This document shows, piece after piece, positions 20,554-31,832 of a stretch of DNA of 64,000 nt. The DNA is taken from assembly GCA_003230015.1 (NCBI GenBank), contig QIGO01000221.1, forward strand, positions 2,449 to 66,448, written 5' to 3'. Source of the stretch: Alphaproteobacteria bacterium. Its GTDB lineage: Bacteria; Pseudomonadota; Alphaproteobacteria; UBA6615. A model generated the notes under the pieces. It saw only the letters and a program-made list of their open reading frames with translations. It was not told the DNA's origin and did no database searches. The position numbers were made by a program, and so were the translations under genes. Position 1 is the stretch's first letter; every line of letters starts with the position of its first letter.

Positions 20554-23500
20554 TCAAAGCGCCTGCACATCGACGATCCCGGCCAGCGAACGGATCGCCG
20601 CCTGGATCTCCGGACCGCAATTGAACCCGCCTTTGAGCGCCACCACGATTTCCTCATCATCGGTCTGCACGACAAGGCTGACCCGCCCTTTGCCCCTGCC
20701 CACGGCCGCACGCTCTATTAGGCTCCTGAGCGGCCCCAGCGACCCTTTATCCCCGAGCCATATCTGCATACCCGTGGCCTGATCGGCCGCCACATCCTCC
20801 AGCAAAACCACCCGTTGGCCATTGAGCTTGACCTGATCGCCATCCAGCCGCGCCGCCGCCGTGATCAACAGCGGTTTGTCACCGTCCAGCAACGCCTCCG
20901 AATCTGCCAATATCTCGGAAAACAGCATGATTTCGCTCACCCCGCTGGCGTCCGACAGCTGAATGAAGGCATAACGCGAGCCCTTCTGCGAGGTCCGCAG
21001 CTGTTTGCCCAGCACCACCCCGGCCAGTTTTACCGCCGCCGCCCCGCCGGCCGCTTTCACGCTCGCCAGCAGCGCCGCCGAAGGCACGACCCCCAACCGG
21101 GCCAAGGCACCGCTATAGGCATCCAACGGATGGGCGGAGAGGTAAAAGCCGATGGCATCCAATTCTCTCTGCAACCGCTCCGCCTCGGGCCAATCCGCCA
21201 GTTCCGGCAACTGTACGGCTGGCGTCGGCCCGGCCACCCTGTCCCCGAACAGATTGGTCTGGCCCGACTTGCGGTCCTGCTGAACCGTATGCGCGTGGCT
21301 CAACAGCATATCCAGAGACGCGAAGACCCGCGCCCGATTGGCGACGAGACCATCGAACGCTCCCCCCGCCACAAGATTCTCCAACTGACGCTTATTTATG
21401 AAATGCGGGTCGATACGCCCGGCAAAATCGAATGGGTCGCCATAGGGCCCGTTCTTTTCACGCTCGGCCACCAATTGCTCCATCGCCGCCCGGCCCACAC
21501 CTTTGATCGCCCCCAAGGCATAACGGATACCGTATGGCGGCCCATCCGCCCCGTCACCGGGCACATCCTCGACGATAAAGTCAGGCTCCGACCGATTGAT
21601 GTCCGGCGCCAGCAATGGCACCCCCAGGCGCACCAGCTCCTGGCGGAATTCAGCCAGTTTGTCGGTATTGTTCATGTCGTAGGACATCGACGCGGCCAGA
21701 AATTCCACCGGGTAATGTGCCTTCAAATAAGCCGTTTGATAGGCCACCAGCCCATAACCGGCCGAATGCGCCTTGGGGAAACCATAACGCGCAAACTTTT
21801 CCACCAGATCGAAGACATACTCGGCCCGGTCCCTGGGCACCCCGCGCGCCACCGCGCCCTCGATAAAGGCGCCCCGCTGCGCGTCCATCTCGGCCTTGAT
21901 CTTCTTGCCCATGGCCCGCCGCAGCAAATCGGCCTGGCCCAGGGTAAATCCGGCGAACACCTGGGCGATCTGCATCACCTGTTCTTGGTAGATGATGACG
22001 CCGTAGGTATCCTTGACCACCGGCTCGATGCTCTCATGCAGAAATTCCGGCTTTTCCCGGCCATGTTTGCAGGCCGTATATTTGGGAATATTCTCCATCG
22101 GGCCGGGACGGTAGAGCGCCACCAGGGCAACAATGTCCTCGAAGATATTGACCCGTGCCTCGCGCAACAATCGCCGCATGCCGGTACTTTCAAACTGGAA
22201 CACGCCAGTGGTGTCCCCCCGGCTCATCAGATCAAAGGTTTTCTGATCGTCCAGCGGCAACAGCTCCAGATCCACCTCGATCCCACGGCGCGCCAACAGC
22301 TCCACCGCGCGCGTCAGCACCGTTAGCGTTTTCAGCCCCAGGAAATCGAACTTCACCAGGCCCGCCAGTTCCGCATATTTCATGTTGAATTGGGTCGCCA
22401 TGAAGGGCGAGCGCGGGTCCTGGAACAGCGGCACCAATTCTTGCAAGGGACGGTCGCCAATGACCACCCCGGCCGCATGGGTGGACGAATTCCGGTACAG
22501 CCCCTCCAGCTGCAACCCGATATTCAGCAGTTGCGCCACCGCTTCGTCGTCGCGGCGCATCTCTTGCAGCCGCGGCTCTTGTTCGATCCCTTGCGCCAGG
22601 CTTACCGGATTGGCCGGGTTACTCGGCACCATCTTGCTAATCCGGTCCACTTGCCCATAGGGCATCTCCAGCACCCGCCCAACGTCGCGCAAGACGGCCC
22701 GCGCCTGCAGTTTGCCGAAGGTGATGATCTGGGCGACCCGGTCGGCACCATATTTATCCTGCACATACCCTATCACCTCGTCGCGCCGGTCCTGGCAGAA
22801 GTCGATATCGAAATCCGGCATCGATACCCGATCCGGGTTCAGGAAACGCTCGAACAGCAAACCCCACCGCAACGGGTCGAGATCGGTAATCGTCAAGGCC
22901 CAGGCGACCACCGAACCCGCCCCCGATCCACGCCCGGGGCCCACCGGAATACCCTGGCGCTTCGCCCATTTGATAAAGTCGGCGACGATCAGGAAATAGC
23001 CGGCAAATCCCATATCCACGATTACATCCAGCTCGAACTTCAGCCGTGCGCGATAGCGTTCCCCCACTTCCTCGCGTGCCGCCGCGGCCATATCTTCGCT
23101 GTAGACATGACGCTGCAGGCGTACCTCGAGCCCGGCTTCCGCTTGCCCCCTGATTTCTTCGGCCTCGCTCAACCCGCTCTCGGTTTCGAACGGCGGCAAT
23201 ATCGGCTCGCGGGACGTCGGCATATAGGCGCAGCGCCGGGCCACCGCCAGGGTGTTGTCCACCGCCTCGGGCAGGTCGGCGAATAACGCCCGCATCTCCT
23301 TGGCGGTCTTGAAACGATGCTCCGGTGTCACCCGCCGCCGCTCTGTTTGCGATACATAATTGCCGCCGGCAACACACAGCAGTGCGTCATGAGCTTGATA
23401 CATGCCCGCATCGGCAAAAAACGGCTCATTTGTGGCCACCAGCGGCAAATCGCGGCGATAGGCCAGATCGACCAGTCCAGCTTCGATCTGATCTTCAACC

Positions 23501-24051
23501 GCTAGGCCGTGCCGTTGCAGCTCAACATAGAGACGGCCCGGAAACAGCGCCTCCAGCCGCTCGGTCATCGCCACGGCTTCCGGGCCTTGCCCGTGCGCCA
23601 GCAACCGGCCCACCGCACCCTTCGGCCCGCCGGTCAGGGCGATCAAGCCGTCGCTCTTGCCCTCGAAATCGTCCAAACTCAGTTGCGGATCCTGCCCCGG
23701 CTCGCCCTCCAGGAAGGACTTGCTCACCAGAGACATTAAATTCCGGTATCCGGCTTCGTTCTGCACCAGAACCACCAGTTGATCGGGTTCCGGCCCCTTC
23801 CCGGTCATCCCGCCGGCATCCCGCGCCGTGCTGATCGCCAGTTGGCACCCGATGATCGGCTGCACCCCCGCGCCGGCTGCCGCCATGGCGAACTCAAGGG
23901 CGCCAAACAGGTTACCCGAATCGGCAATCGCCACCGCCGGCATCTGCTCGCGCACGCAGGCCGCCACAAGGTCGGGGACCTTGATCGCGCCCTCGGTCAG
24001 GGAAAAGGCGGTATGCACTCGAAGATGAACGAAATCGGCGTGAGAAGGCAT
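20554..24051 (-). CDS. dnaE: DNA polymerase III subunit alpha
   Basis: 1165-aa protein with a PHP domain N-terminus (VHLRVHTAFSLTEGA) and a polymerase core (GYFLIVADFI). Confidence 0.95.
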   Translation of the reverse strand: MPSHADFVHLRVHTAFSLTEGAIKVPDLVAACVREQMPAVAIADSGNLFGALEFAMAAAGAGVQPIIGCQLAISTARDAGGMTGKGPEPDQLVVLVQNEAGYRNLMSLVSKSFLEGEPGQDPQLSLDDFEGKSDGLIALTGGPKGAVGRLLAHGQGPEAVAMTERLEALFPGRLYVELQRHGLAVEDQIEAGLVDLAYRRDLPLVATNEPFFADAGMYQAHDALLCVAGGNYVSQTERRRVTPEHRFKTAKEMRALFADLPEAVDNTLAVARRCAYMPTSREPILPPFETESGLSEAEEIRGQAEAGLEVRLQRHVYSEDMAAAAREEVGERYRARLKFELDVIVDMGFAGYFLIVADFIKWAKRQGIPVGPGRGSGAGSVVAWALTITDLDPLRWGLLFERFLNPDRVSMPDFDIDFCQDRRDEVIGYVQDKYGADRVAQIITFGKLQARAVLRDVGRVLEMPYGQVDRISKMVPSNPANPVSLAQGIEQEPRLQEMRRDDEAVAQLLNIGLQLEGLYRNSSTHAAGVVIGDRPLQELVPLFQDPRSPFMATQFNMKYAELAGLVKFDFLGLKTLTVLTRAVELLARRGIEVDLELLPLDDQKTFDLMSRGDTTGVFQFESTGMRRLLREARVNIFEDIVALVALYRPGPMENIPKYTACKHGREKPEFLHESIEPVVKDTYGVIIYQEQVMQIAQVFAGFTLGQADLLRRAMGKKIKAEMDAQRGAFIEGAVARGVPRDRAEYVFDLVEKFARYGFPKAHSAGYGLVAYQTAYLKAHYPVEFLAASMSYDMNNTDKLAEFRQELVRLGVPLLAPDINRSEPDFIVEDVPGDGADGPPYGIRYALGAIKGVGRAAMEQLVAEREKNGPYGDPFDFAGRIDPHFINKRQLENLVAGGAFDGLVANRARVFASLDMLLSHAHTVQQDRKSGQTNLFGDRVAGPTPAVQLPELADWPEAERLQRELDAIGFYLSAHPLDAYSGALARLGVVPSAALLASVKAAGGAAAVKLAGVVLGKQLRTSQKGSRYAFIQLSDASGVSEIMLFSEILADSEALLDGDKPLLITAAARLDGDQVKLNGQRVVLLEDVAADQATGMQIWLGDKGSLGPLRSLIERAAVGRGKGRVSLVVQTDDEEIVVALKGGFNCGPEIQAAIRSLAGIVDVQAL

Positions 24052-24056
24052 GCGCT

Positions 24057-24752
24057 CTATTGCCAGGCTGCTTCGATATGCCCCTCGCGCAGGGTAATCG
24101 CCCGGTCCATGCGTTTGGCCAGATCGAAATTATGCGTCGCCACCAGCGCCCCCAATTTAGTCTCCCGCACCAAATCCACCAGTTGCCCGAAGACATCCTC
24201 GGCCGTCGGCGGGTCGAGATTACCGGTCGGCTCGTCGGCCAGCAGCACGCGTGGTTTATTGGCGATCGCCCGCACGATGGCGACCCGCTGCTGCTCGCCG
24301 CCACTGAGCTTCGCCGGCCGGTGCGTAACCCGTTCGGCCAGGCCCATCGCCGTCAGCAATTTCAGCGCCTCCTCCCGGGCCGCTTTGCGGCTGAACCCAT
24401 TAATCATCTGCGGCAACATGACATTTTCCAGCGCTGAAAATTCCGGCAGCAAATGATGAAACTGATAGATGAAACCAAGGCGCGTCAGTCGCAGCCGCGT
24501 CCGCCCGGCCTCCGAGAGCCCCCCACAATCGGTACCGCCAATAGTGACCGCGCCGGCATCGGGCCGTTCCAGCAACCCGGCGATATGTAGCAATGTCGAC
24601 TTGCCCGACCCGGAGGGCCCCACCAGTGCCACCATTTCGCCCGGCTCGATGGACAAGGAGACATCGCGCAGAATTTCAAGCGATTGCCCGGCCTGCGTGA
24701 ATGTCCGCGCCACCGCGGTGAGTGCGAGCGCCGGCGAACCACCCTCACTCAT
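24057..24752 (-). CDS. lolD: Lipoprotein-releasing system ATP-binding protein
   Basis: ABC ATPase with Walker A (GPSGSGKST), signature ([11 protein letters not shown]) and Walker B ([11 protein letters not shown]) motifs. The start was chosen at MSEGGSP, leaving a 2-nt gap to the lolE stop. Confidence 0.88.
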   Translation of the reverse strand: MSEGGSPALALTAVARTFTQAGQSLEILRDVSLSIEPGEMVALVGPSGSGKSTLLHIAGLLERPDAGAVTIGGTDCGGLSEAGRTRLRLTRLGFIYQFHHLLPEFSALENVMLPQMINGFSRKAAREEALKLLTAMGLAERVTHRPAKLSGGEQQRVAIVRAIANKPRVLLADEPTGNLDPPTAEDVFGQLVDLVRETKLGALVATHNFDLAKRMDRAITLREGHIEAAWQ

Positions 24753-25992
24753 AACGCAGCGCCTCCACGGGATCGAGCCTCGCGGCCCGCCAGCTTGGAT
24801 AGATCGTCGCCAGCAGCGACAAACCAAGCGCCATTAGAATGACGGTGACCACTTCCGCCGGATCGACCTCGGCCGGCAGCTGACTCAGGAAATAGACCTC
24901 CGCGGAAAACAATTCTGTTCCCGTCAGACCTTGCAGGAATTGCCGAATGCTCTCGATATTGGCGGCGAACGCCAACCCCAATATTGTCCCCAGCACCGTC
25001 CCCACCACACCGATACTCGCTCCGGCAATGAAGAAGATCCGCATCACCATCCCCCGCGACGCCCCCATCGTCCGCAATATGGCGATATCGGCACCTTTAT
25101 CCTTCACCAGCATGATCAGGCTGGAGACAATATTGAAGGCGGCAACCAGGATAATCAGCGTCAGGATCATAAACATCACATTACGTTCGACCTGTAACGC
25201 ATTGAAAAAACTCGAATTAGCCTGCTGCCAATCGAACAGCCGCGCGCGCAGCCCCACCACTTGGTCCAGCGCCGGCCGCACCTCCGCCACCCGATCGGCA
25301 TCGTCGATCAATACTTCCAGTTGGCTCACCGCGTTCGTCAGCTGAAAATATGTTTGCGCGGCGGCGATGGGCATGAACACAAAACTATTGTCATATTCGA
25401 ACATCCCCACTTCGAACGTCCCCACCACGGTGTAGGCCCGTACCCGCGGCACGGTGCCGAACGCGGTGGTGATCCCTTGCGGCGAAACCAGCGTCACTTT
25501 GTTACCCGGCACAAGACCCAGATTGCGCGCCAGCGCGCTGCCCAGAATGACCGCGTCATCGCCCCCAAATGCGTCCAGCGCCCCTTCCGACGTCCCCTCC
25601 GCGACAATCGTGCGCGCCCGCAAATCCTCCTGTGTTACACCGCGAACCATGGCCCCTGCCGACCGCGTCCCGTTGGTCGCCAGGACCTGCCCCTCGACCA
25701 GCGGCGTCACCGACACCACATCGTCGATCTGCAGCAATTCCGCCTGCAATTCCTCATAGTTGGTTAACTCGCCCTGCACGCCCATCACCGCGAAATGGCC
25801 GTTCAGCCCGATGATCCGCCCCAACAGCTCGGAACGGAACCCGTTCATCACCGACAGCACGATGATCAGCGTCGCCACGCCCAACGCGATGCCCAGCAGG
25901 GAGAACAGCGCGATTACCGAAATAAAGCCTTCTTGCCGGCGCGCCCGCATATAGCGCCCGGCGACCATCCATTCAGCCCGGGAGAACATCAC
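24745..25992 (-). CDS. lolE: Lipoprotein-releasing system permease LolC/LolE
   Basis: 415-aa protein of the FtsX-like/MacB-type permease family, adjacent to lolD. Confidence 0.88.
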   Translation of the reverse strand: MMFSRAEWMVAGRYMRARRQEGFISVIALFSLLGIALGVATLIIVLSVMNGFRSELLGRIIGLNGHFAVMGVQGELTNYEELQAELLQIDDVVSVTPLVEGQVLATNGTRSAGAMVRGVTQEDLRARTIVAEGTSEGALDAFGGDDAVILGSALARNLGLVPGNKVTLVSPQGITTAFGTVPRVRAYTVVGTFEVGMFEYDNSFVFMPIAAAQTYFQLTNAVSQLEVLIDDADRVAEVRPALDQVVGLRARLFDWQQANSSFFNALQVERNVMFMILTLIILVAAFNIVSSLIMLVKDKGADIAILRTMGASRGMVMRIFFIAGASIGVVGTVLGTILGLAFAANIESIRQFLQGLTGTELFSAEVYFLSQLPAEVDPAEVVTVILMALGLSLLATIYPSWRAARLDPVEALRYE

Positions 25993-26020
25993 AGCCTCGC
26001 GTTATGATTCTTGCCAGCTT

Positions 26021-27346
26021 TCAGCCACCCGCTTTGGCGGTGATCCAATTGCGGATCTCGTCCAGTGACAATTCATCGGTGGCACCGCCGGCACGTGGCT
26101 GCAGCTCCACCTTGCCATTCTTGAGACCGCGCGGTCCGATAGTGATACGCCAGGGCAGCCCGATCAGTTCCATGTCGGCGAATTTGCCCCCGGCCCGCTC
26201 GTTACGGTCGTCATAGAGGACGCTAAGCCCGGCGCGTTGTATAAACCCGTAAAGGTCATCGCCCGCGGTATCGCAATCCCTGTCGCCTGACTTCAGATTG
26301 ACTAGGCCGATGAGATAGGGCGCCACCGATTCCGGCCAGATGATGCCTTTGTCATCATGGCTGGCCTCGATGATCGCCCCGGCCAGCCGCGATACACCGA
26401 TGCCATAGCTGCCCATCTCAAGCGCCACCCGTTTGCCGTCGGGCCCCTGTACCACGGCACCCAAAGGTTCGGAATATTTCGTCCCGAAATAGAATATATG
26501 GCCGACTTCGATACCCCGTGCCGTCACCAGTTGATCTTCGCCCACCGGACATTTGTCCGCCACATGCATATCATCGGTCGCCGCATAATACGCCGTCCAT
26601 TTGTCGATCACCGGTTGCAAATCCGCGTCATAGTCCAGCTCCGCGCCCGGCACGTCCATCTCCAGCAACGCCTTGTCGCAAAATACCGCACTTTCGCCCG
26701 TATCGGCCAAAACCACGAATTCATGACTGAGGTCGCCGCCAATGGGTCCGGTATCCGCGCGCATGGGAATCGCCTTCAGCCCCATGCGTTTGAAGGTTCG
26801 CAGATAGGCGACGAACATCTTGTTGTAGGAATGCCTGGCGGCGGCGAAATCCAGATCGAAGGAATAATTATCCTTCATTAGGAACTCGCGCCCCCGCATG
26901 ACACCGAAACGCGGCCGCACCTCATCGCGGAACTTCCACTGGATGTGATAGAGATTCAGCGGTAGATCGCGATAGCTCGAAAGATCGGACGCGAGAATAT
27001 CGGTGATCAGCTCTTCGTTGGTCGGCCCGTAGAGCAAGTCCCGGTCATGCCGGTCCCTGATCCGCAACATCTCTTTGCCGTAATCCTCATAGCGCCCAGA
27101 CTTGCGCCACAGATCGGCCGACTGGATTGTCGGCATCAGGATTTCCTGCGCGCCCGAGGCGTCCTGTTCCTCACGCACGATTTGCTCGACCCGCTTCAGC
27201 ACCCGCAGTCCCAGCGGCAGCCAGCTATAGATACCCGCACTGGCTTGCCGAACCATGCCGGCGCGCAGCATCAGCCGGTGCGACACGATCTGCGCTTCCG
27301 CGGGAGTCTCTCTCAATGTCGGCAGGAATAGTCGGGAGCGGCGCAT
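26021..27346 (-). CDS. proS: Proline--tRNA ligase (short, alphaproteobacterial/eukaryotic-like type)
   Basis: 441-aa class II aminoacyl-tRNA synthetase in the conserved proS-lolE-lolD-dnaE neighbourhood. Confidence 0.9.
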   Translation of the reverse strand: MRRSRLFLPTLRETPAEAQIVSHRLMLRAGMVRQASAGIYSWLPLGLRVLKRVEQIVREEQDASGAQEILMPTIQSADLWRKSGRYEDYGKEMLRIRDRHDRDLLYGPTNEELITDILASDLSSYRDLPLNLYHIQWKFRDEVRPRFGVMRGREFLMKDNYSFDLDFAAARHSYNKMFVAYLRTFKRMGLKAIPMRADTGPIGGDLSHEFVVLADTGESAVFCDKALLEMDVPGAELDYDADLQPVIDKWTAYYAATDDMHVADKCPVGEDQLVTARGIEVGHIFYFGTKYSEPLGAVVQGPDGKRVALEMGSYGIGVSRLAGAIIEASHDDKGIIWPESVAPYLIGLVNLKSGDRDCDTAGDDLYGFIQRAGLSVLYDDRNERAGGKFADMELIGLPWRITIGPRGLKNGKVELQPRAGGATDELSLDEIRNWITAKAGG

Positions 27347-27420
27347 GACGGTCCTGATCGGTGGCGGTTTGGCCGCGCACAGTAGGCAAAGCCCTTCCGG
27401 CTGTCTATGGCTGCTGGCTG

Positions 27421-27846
27421 TTAGCCGCCGCCCGACGCCGCCTGGCAGAGCCTGGCCAACTCATTCTCGGCATTATTACCCAATGGCTGCCCGTTGAAGG
27501 TGGCGCGGCCCTGACGGTCCACCACCACCGATCCCACTTGGATTTCGCCGCTATAGTTGGCATCGCCGCGTTTCGGCACCCCAAACCGCTTGGCCATATC
27601 CACGGTAATCGGAATTTCGAATTTTTCCGGCAATTGCAATGCCGAACCACCGCCATACTCAGCCGAAGCAACAGGCCGGCCCCGCGAGTCGACCCCTGGC
27701 TGATAGGCAACACTCCCGTCCGGAATATACCGCAGGAGCCGGCTGCAGCTTTCCGGGGAGACGGTGATCACATCGGCCGAAACCGGCGCTGAGACCGCGA
27801 AAACGGCGATGGCAAGCATAATACGGTGTGCCGACATACGACCCAT
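27421..27846 (-). CDS. Hypothetical secreted protein with N-terminal signal peptide (~140 aa)
   Basis: ORF with a hydrophobic N-terminus ([16 protein letters not shown]) followed by a polar Gly/Pro/Asp-rich body. I did not recognise a family, and the start codon choice is uncertain. Confidence 0.5.
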   Translation of the reverse strand: MGRMSAHRIMLAIAVFAVSAPVSADVITVSPESCSRLLRYIPDGSVAYQPGVDSRGRPVASAEYGGGSALQLPEKFEIPITVDMAKRFGVPKRGDANYSGEIQVGSVVVDRQGRATFNGQPLGNNAENELARLCQAASGGG

Positions 27847-27932
27847 CGTGGCGCTAACGCCTTAACAAATTGGTAACATCTTCGCCAAATTCCTGTTGTC
27901 GGGTCTCCCATGGACGCGAGGTTGCGCCCTAA

Positions 27933-28649
27933 TTGTCCGGGCCGAAAGCCCTCAGGCGCTGCGGCTCGGCGCACAACTGGGGGAGACAGAAAATCGCCAT
28001 TGTCTTGGGTATCTTGGGCACCACCGTGCTCAGCATTGTCTTCGGGCTCAGTGAGTTCCAGGGCATCGTCTCGGCGCCGCCGAACCCGGCCCCCACCTTC
28101 CTGCAACTCGATATCGCCGGCGCTCTTGATGTGACGCTCATATCGGTGATCTTCGCCTTCCTGTTTGTCGATCTTTTCGATACCGCCGGCACATTGGTTG
28201 GCGTTTCCCACCGCGCCGGTCTGCTCGACGAAAAGGTAATCTGCCGCGCCTCGGCAAGGCTCTCACCGCCGATAGTAGCGCCTCTATCGTCGGGTCTTTG
28301 TTCGGCGCCTCCACCACCAGCTATATCGAGAGTGCCGCCGGAGTCCGCACCGGCTTGACCGCCGTCGCCGTCGCCATTCTTTTTCTGCTGGCATTGTTTC
28401 TGGCCCCCCTTGCCAACACCGTCCCACGTTTTGCCACGGCCCCGACGCTGCTTTTTCGCCGGCGTCATCATGGCCGAGGGCCTGATCGAAGTCGTCTGGG
28501 AAGACGTAACCGAATATGTCCCGGCGGTCGTAACGGCCCTCATCATGCCGTTTGCTTTTTCCATCGCGGAAGGCATCGCCATCGGCTTCATCGTCTATGC
28601 CACCATCCAGGGTTCAGAATCGTCTGCCGGCTCAAGCCCGCCTGGTTGA
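27933..28649 (+). pseudogene. Remnant of an AzgA-family (NCS2) purine permease, 5'-truncated and split across three reading frames
   Basis: ORFs 27933..28358, 28298..28780 and 28410..28649 successively encode ...LFVDLFDTAGTLVGVSHRAGLLD..., ...FGASTTSYIESAAGVRTGLTAVAVAILFLLALFLAPLANTVP... and ...FFAGVIMAEGLIEVVWEDVTEYVPAVVTALIMPFAFSIAEGIAIGFIVYA.... Together these are the C-terminal half of a guanine/hypoxanthine permease. The N-terminal ~200 aa are absent. Confidence 0.7.
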
Positions 28650-28691
28650 TTTCCGGAACCAGCCGCTCGAACAGGGCCCGCTCGTTAGCCC

Positions 28692-28943
28692 CTAACTGGG
28701 ACGCACCCGGTCACCGAATATCGAGATCACGCCGGTCTCAACCGCCCAAAAAACAACCGCGAAAACCAGCGTCGCAATGAGCGTTGTCACCCCGACTTTC
28801 AGCAACAGCCTCGGATTTGCCGGCGCCCCCGGATCACCCCCCGGCTTAACGTCATCAGACCGGCGGATCCCGAATGGCAGCACCATGAACAGCACCAGCC
28901 ACCATATGATGATGTAGACAACGACCGCACTGACCGGATTCAT
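28692..28943 (-). CDS. DUF1467 family small membrane protein
   Basis: 83-aa protein with two TM segments (VVVYIIIWWLVLFMVLPFG). It is typically found next to methylmalonyl-CoA epimerase in alphaproteobacteria. Confidence 0.75.
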   Translation of the reverse strand: MNPVSAVVVYIIIWWLVLFMVLPFGIRRSDDVKPGGDPGAPANPRLLLKVGVTTLIATLVFAVVFWAVETGVISIFGDRVRPS

Positions 28944-28947
28944 AGCG

Positions 28948-29352
28948 TTAGGCCTGTTCTAGTTCGATAAGAGTGCCGCAAAAATCCTTGGGCTGCAGAA
29001 ACAAGACTTGTTTGCCATGCGCACCGCGTCTTGGTTCGCCATCCCCCAGCACGCGCGCACCCGCACCTACCAGCTTATCCCGCGCCGCCGCGATATCGGC
29101 GACCTCGTAACAAACATGATGCAGTCCGCCTCCCGGATTGCGCTCCAGAAAACGCCGGATCGGTGAATTCTCCCCCAACGGATGCAACAGCTCGATTTTC
29201 GTATTTTCCAGCGTCACGAACACGGTCGTGACACCATGCTCGGGCAGATCCACCGGCGCCGAGACTTGGCCACCCAACAGTTCGCGATAGACCTGAACGG
29301 CCGCGGCAATATCCGCCACCACGATCGCCACATGATTGAGACGCCCGATCAT
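28948..29352 (-). CDS. mce: Methylmalonyl-CoA epimerase (VOC/glyoxalase family)
   Basis: 134-aa protein (LNHVAIVVADI...HHVCYEVADI...) upstream of DUF1467. Confidence 0.85.
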   Translation of the reverse strand: MIGRLNHVAIVVADIAAAVQVYRELLGGQVSAPVDLPEHGVTTVFVTLENTKIELLHPLGENSPIRRFLERNPGGGLHHVCYEVADIAAARDKLVGAGARVLGDGEPRRGAHGKQVLFLQPKDFCGTLIELEQA

Positions 29353-31046
29353 GGCGCCCCCGGAATTCGCACCAGATGCACGTCCACCGACGGCTTTTTC
29401 CCCATCTCCACCCGAAAGAACCGCCGTACCGCGCGATAAGTCGTCTCCCTGATGGTCCCGTCATCCCGCGACGACCTGTCGGATAGACCATCGAGCGCCT
29501 CGTGGATATCCGCCAGCAAATCCTCCAACAGCGCCGCGTCCCCGTCGCCGTTGCTCAGCAATCCCGGCGCCGAGAGTTGCGGGTCGGCCAACAGATTGCC
29601 TTCCAGGTCGACCACGAGACTCAACACCGCACTGCCATGCCATAACATCCGCTGCCGGTTACGAATGCCCTCGCCCGACAACGAGACAAGACGCGTCCCG
29701 TCCAGAGCCAGCCGGCCATGAGTAACCTGGCCTATCACTTCCGGCTCGTCCCCTGGCGCCAGTTTCAGAACGTCGCCATTGGTCACCACCGGCGTATGCG
29801 GCACCTGGCAGGCCTGAGCCAGTTCCGCATGGGCCAGCATATGTTTGATTTCACCATGCACCGGAACCGCGATTCGCGGCCGCACCCATTGATACATGCT
29901 GATCAGCTCATCCCGGGCCGGATGCCCCGATACATGCACGAAATGGTCCTGGTTGGTCACCACATCGACCCCCAGTTGCAGCAGCTGGTTGTGCAAACGG
30001 CCGATCGACTTCTCGTTGCCGGGAATTTCCCGCGACGAGAACACCGCCACATCCCCTTCTTCCAGACTGATCCTCGGATGATCGCCCCGCGCGATCCGGG
30101 GCAAGGCGGCCCGTGGTTCACCCTGACTGCCTGTGCAAATCAGCAATTGTCGATCTCTGGGAATGCCACCCACATCATATTCGGTAACGAAGTCGGGCAG
30201 ACCCGACAAATAACCGGTCTCCCGGGCCGCCTCGGTAATACGCCACAGCGACCGTCCAACCAGGATCACCCGACGGTCATGGGCCGCCGCCACTTCGGCA
30301 ATCGTCTGCACCCGCGCGATATTACTGGCGAAGCAGGCAAAAACGACTCGGTTTTTATACCCGCCCACCAAATCCATCAGGCTCTCGCGTACCGCCGATT
30401 CCGACCCGGAATCTCCTTCCACCAGCGCGTTGGTGGAATCGCAGATCATCGCCAGCACGCCCTCGTCGCCGAGCCGCCGCAATGCCGCCTCGTCCGCCAG
30501 ATCGCCGATCAGCGGATCCGGGTCCAGCTTCCAGTCCCCCGTGTGCAAAACTGCGCCGGCCCCCGTACGCACGACAACCGCGTTTGGCTCCGGTATCGAA
30601 TGGGTCAGCGTAATGAGTTCCAAATCGAACGGCCCAACCGCGAACCGCCCCGACATGGGGACTTCCGTGATCGTCACCTGACCGTCCAGGCCCGCCTCTT
30701 CAAGCTTGCGCCGCAGCAGTGCCGCGGTGAACGCCGTTGCATACAGCGGACAGCGAAGCAGCGGCCACAGATGGGGCACGGCACCGATATGATCCTCATG
30801 GGCGTGGGTCAGCACCAAACCCGCCAATTGCGCCTTGTGTCGGACGATAAATGCCGGGTCCGGCATGATCACATCGACGCCGGGCGTACTGGCATCGCCG
30901 AAAGTGACGCCACAATCGATCATCAGCCATTGGCCGCCATAACAATACAGGTTGAGATTCATACCGATCTCACCGGCCCCGCCCAAGGGCAGAAAGATCA
31001 GTTCATCGTCGCGCCAGCTGATTTCGGAATCCACATTGACCGCCAC
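29349..31046 (-). CDS. rnj: Ribonuclease J (metallo-beta-lactamase/beta-CASP family)
   Basis: HxHxDH motif (THAHEDHIG) and beta-CASP region; 565 aa. Confidence 0.9.
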   Translation of the reverse strand: MAVNVDSEISWRDDELIFLPLGGAGEIGMNLNLYCYGGQWLMIDCGVTFGDASTPGVDVIMPDPAFIVRHKAQLAGLVLTHAHEDHIGAVPHLWPLLRCPLYATAFTAALLRRKLEEAGLDGQVTITEVPMSGRFAVGPFDLELITLTHSIPEPNAVVVRTGAGAVLHTGDWKLDPDPLIGDLADEAALRRLGDEGVLAMICDSTNALVEGDSGSESAVRESLMDLVGGYKNRVVFACFASNIARVQTIAEVAAAHDRRVILVGRSLWRITEAARETGYLSGLPDFVTEYDVGGIPRDRQLLICTGSQGEPRAALPRIARGDHPRISLEEGDVAVFSSREIPGNEKSIGRLHNQLLQLGVDVVTNQDHFVHVSGHPARDELISMYQWVRPRIAVPVHGEIKHMLAHAELAQACQVPHTPVVTNGDVLKLAPGDEPEVIGQVTHGRLALDGTRLVSLSGEGIRNRQRMLWHGSAVLSLVVDLEGNLLADPQLSAPGLLSNGDGDAALLEDLLADIHEALDGLSDRSSRDDGTIRETTYRAVRRFFRVEMGKKPSVDVHLVRIPGAP

Positions 31047-31048
31047 CC

Positions 31049-31822
31049 TCAGCCCTCGACATTGCGGTGATAAATTTCCACCAGCCCACGCATCGTCAGG
31101 TCGCCCTGAACGTCATCGATAACCTCGGTGACATCCGCGATCATCCGCGCCAGGCCGCCGGTGGCGACCACGATCATCGGCTCGCCATACTCCTCGCGAA
31201 TGCGCGCGACCATGCCCTCGACCATCGACACATAGCCCCAGAATATCCCCGATTGCATCGCCGACACGGTTGTATCCCCGATCACTTTCTCCGGCCGGCC
31301 GACCGCGATTCTGGGCAGCTGTGCGGCCGCCATGCACAGGGCCTCCACCGAAAGATTGGTCCCCGGCGCGATCACCCCGCCGCAATAATCCCCGGCTGCA
31401 CTAATGATGTCGAATGTCGTCGCCGTACCGAAATCGATGACGATCATCGCCCCTTTATGATGCTGGTGAGCGCCCACCGCGTTCACCAACCTGTCCGCCC
31501 CCACTTGCTCGGGGCGTTTTATCAGGATTTTCAGGTCCAGCTTGACCGACTTGTCCCCCACTACCAGCGGTTCGGTATTGAAATAATTGCGGCTCAGTGC
31601 CAAGAGTTCAAACTCCGCCGACGGCACCACATTGGCGATAATCGCCGCTGTAATGTCACCGGTAGCGATATTCTTCAGGCCCATCAGCTGCGTCAGCCAC
31701 ACCGCATACTCATCGGCCGTGCGGTGAGCATCGGTCGCCGCCCGCCACAATCCGCGCTCCTGGTCGCCGTCGAATACCGCGAAAACCGTATTCGTATTGC
31801 CACAATCTATGGTCAGCAGCAT
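31049..31822 (-). CDS. coaX: Type III pantothenate kinase
   Basis: MLLTIDCGNTNTVFAVF... is a CoaX N-terminus. The start was chosen at an internal Met to avoid overlapping birA. Confidence 0.9.
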   Translation of the reverse strand: MLLTIDCGNTNTVFAVFDGDQERGLWRAATDAHRTADEYAVWLTQLMGLKNIATGDITAAIIANVVPSAEFELLALSRNYFNTEPLVVGDKSVKLDLKILIKRPEQVGADRLVNAVGAHQHHKGAMIVIDFGTATTFDIISAAGDYCGGVIAPGTNLSVEALCMAAAQLPRIAVGRPEKVIGDTTVSAMQSGIFWGYVSMVEGMVARIREEYGEPMIVVATGGLARMIADVTEVIDDVQGDLTMRGLVEIYHRNVEG

Positions 31823-31832
31823 CGCTTGTGCC

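Noticed and set aside
27929-28591. 220-aa minus-strand ORF (MKPMAMPSAMEKANG...) opposite the purine-permease remnant.
   Set aside because: Its composition is low-complexity (Gly/Ala/Ser/Thr runs). The plus strand carries clear, though frameshifted, AzgA-family homology, so the minus ORF is the antisense shadow.
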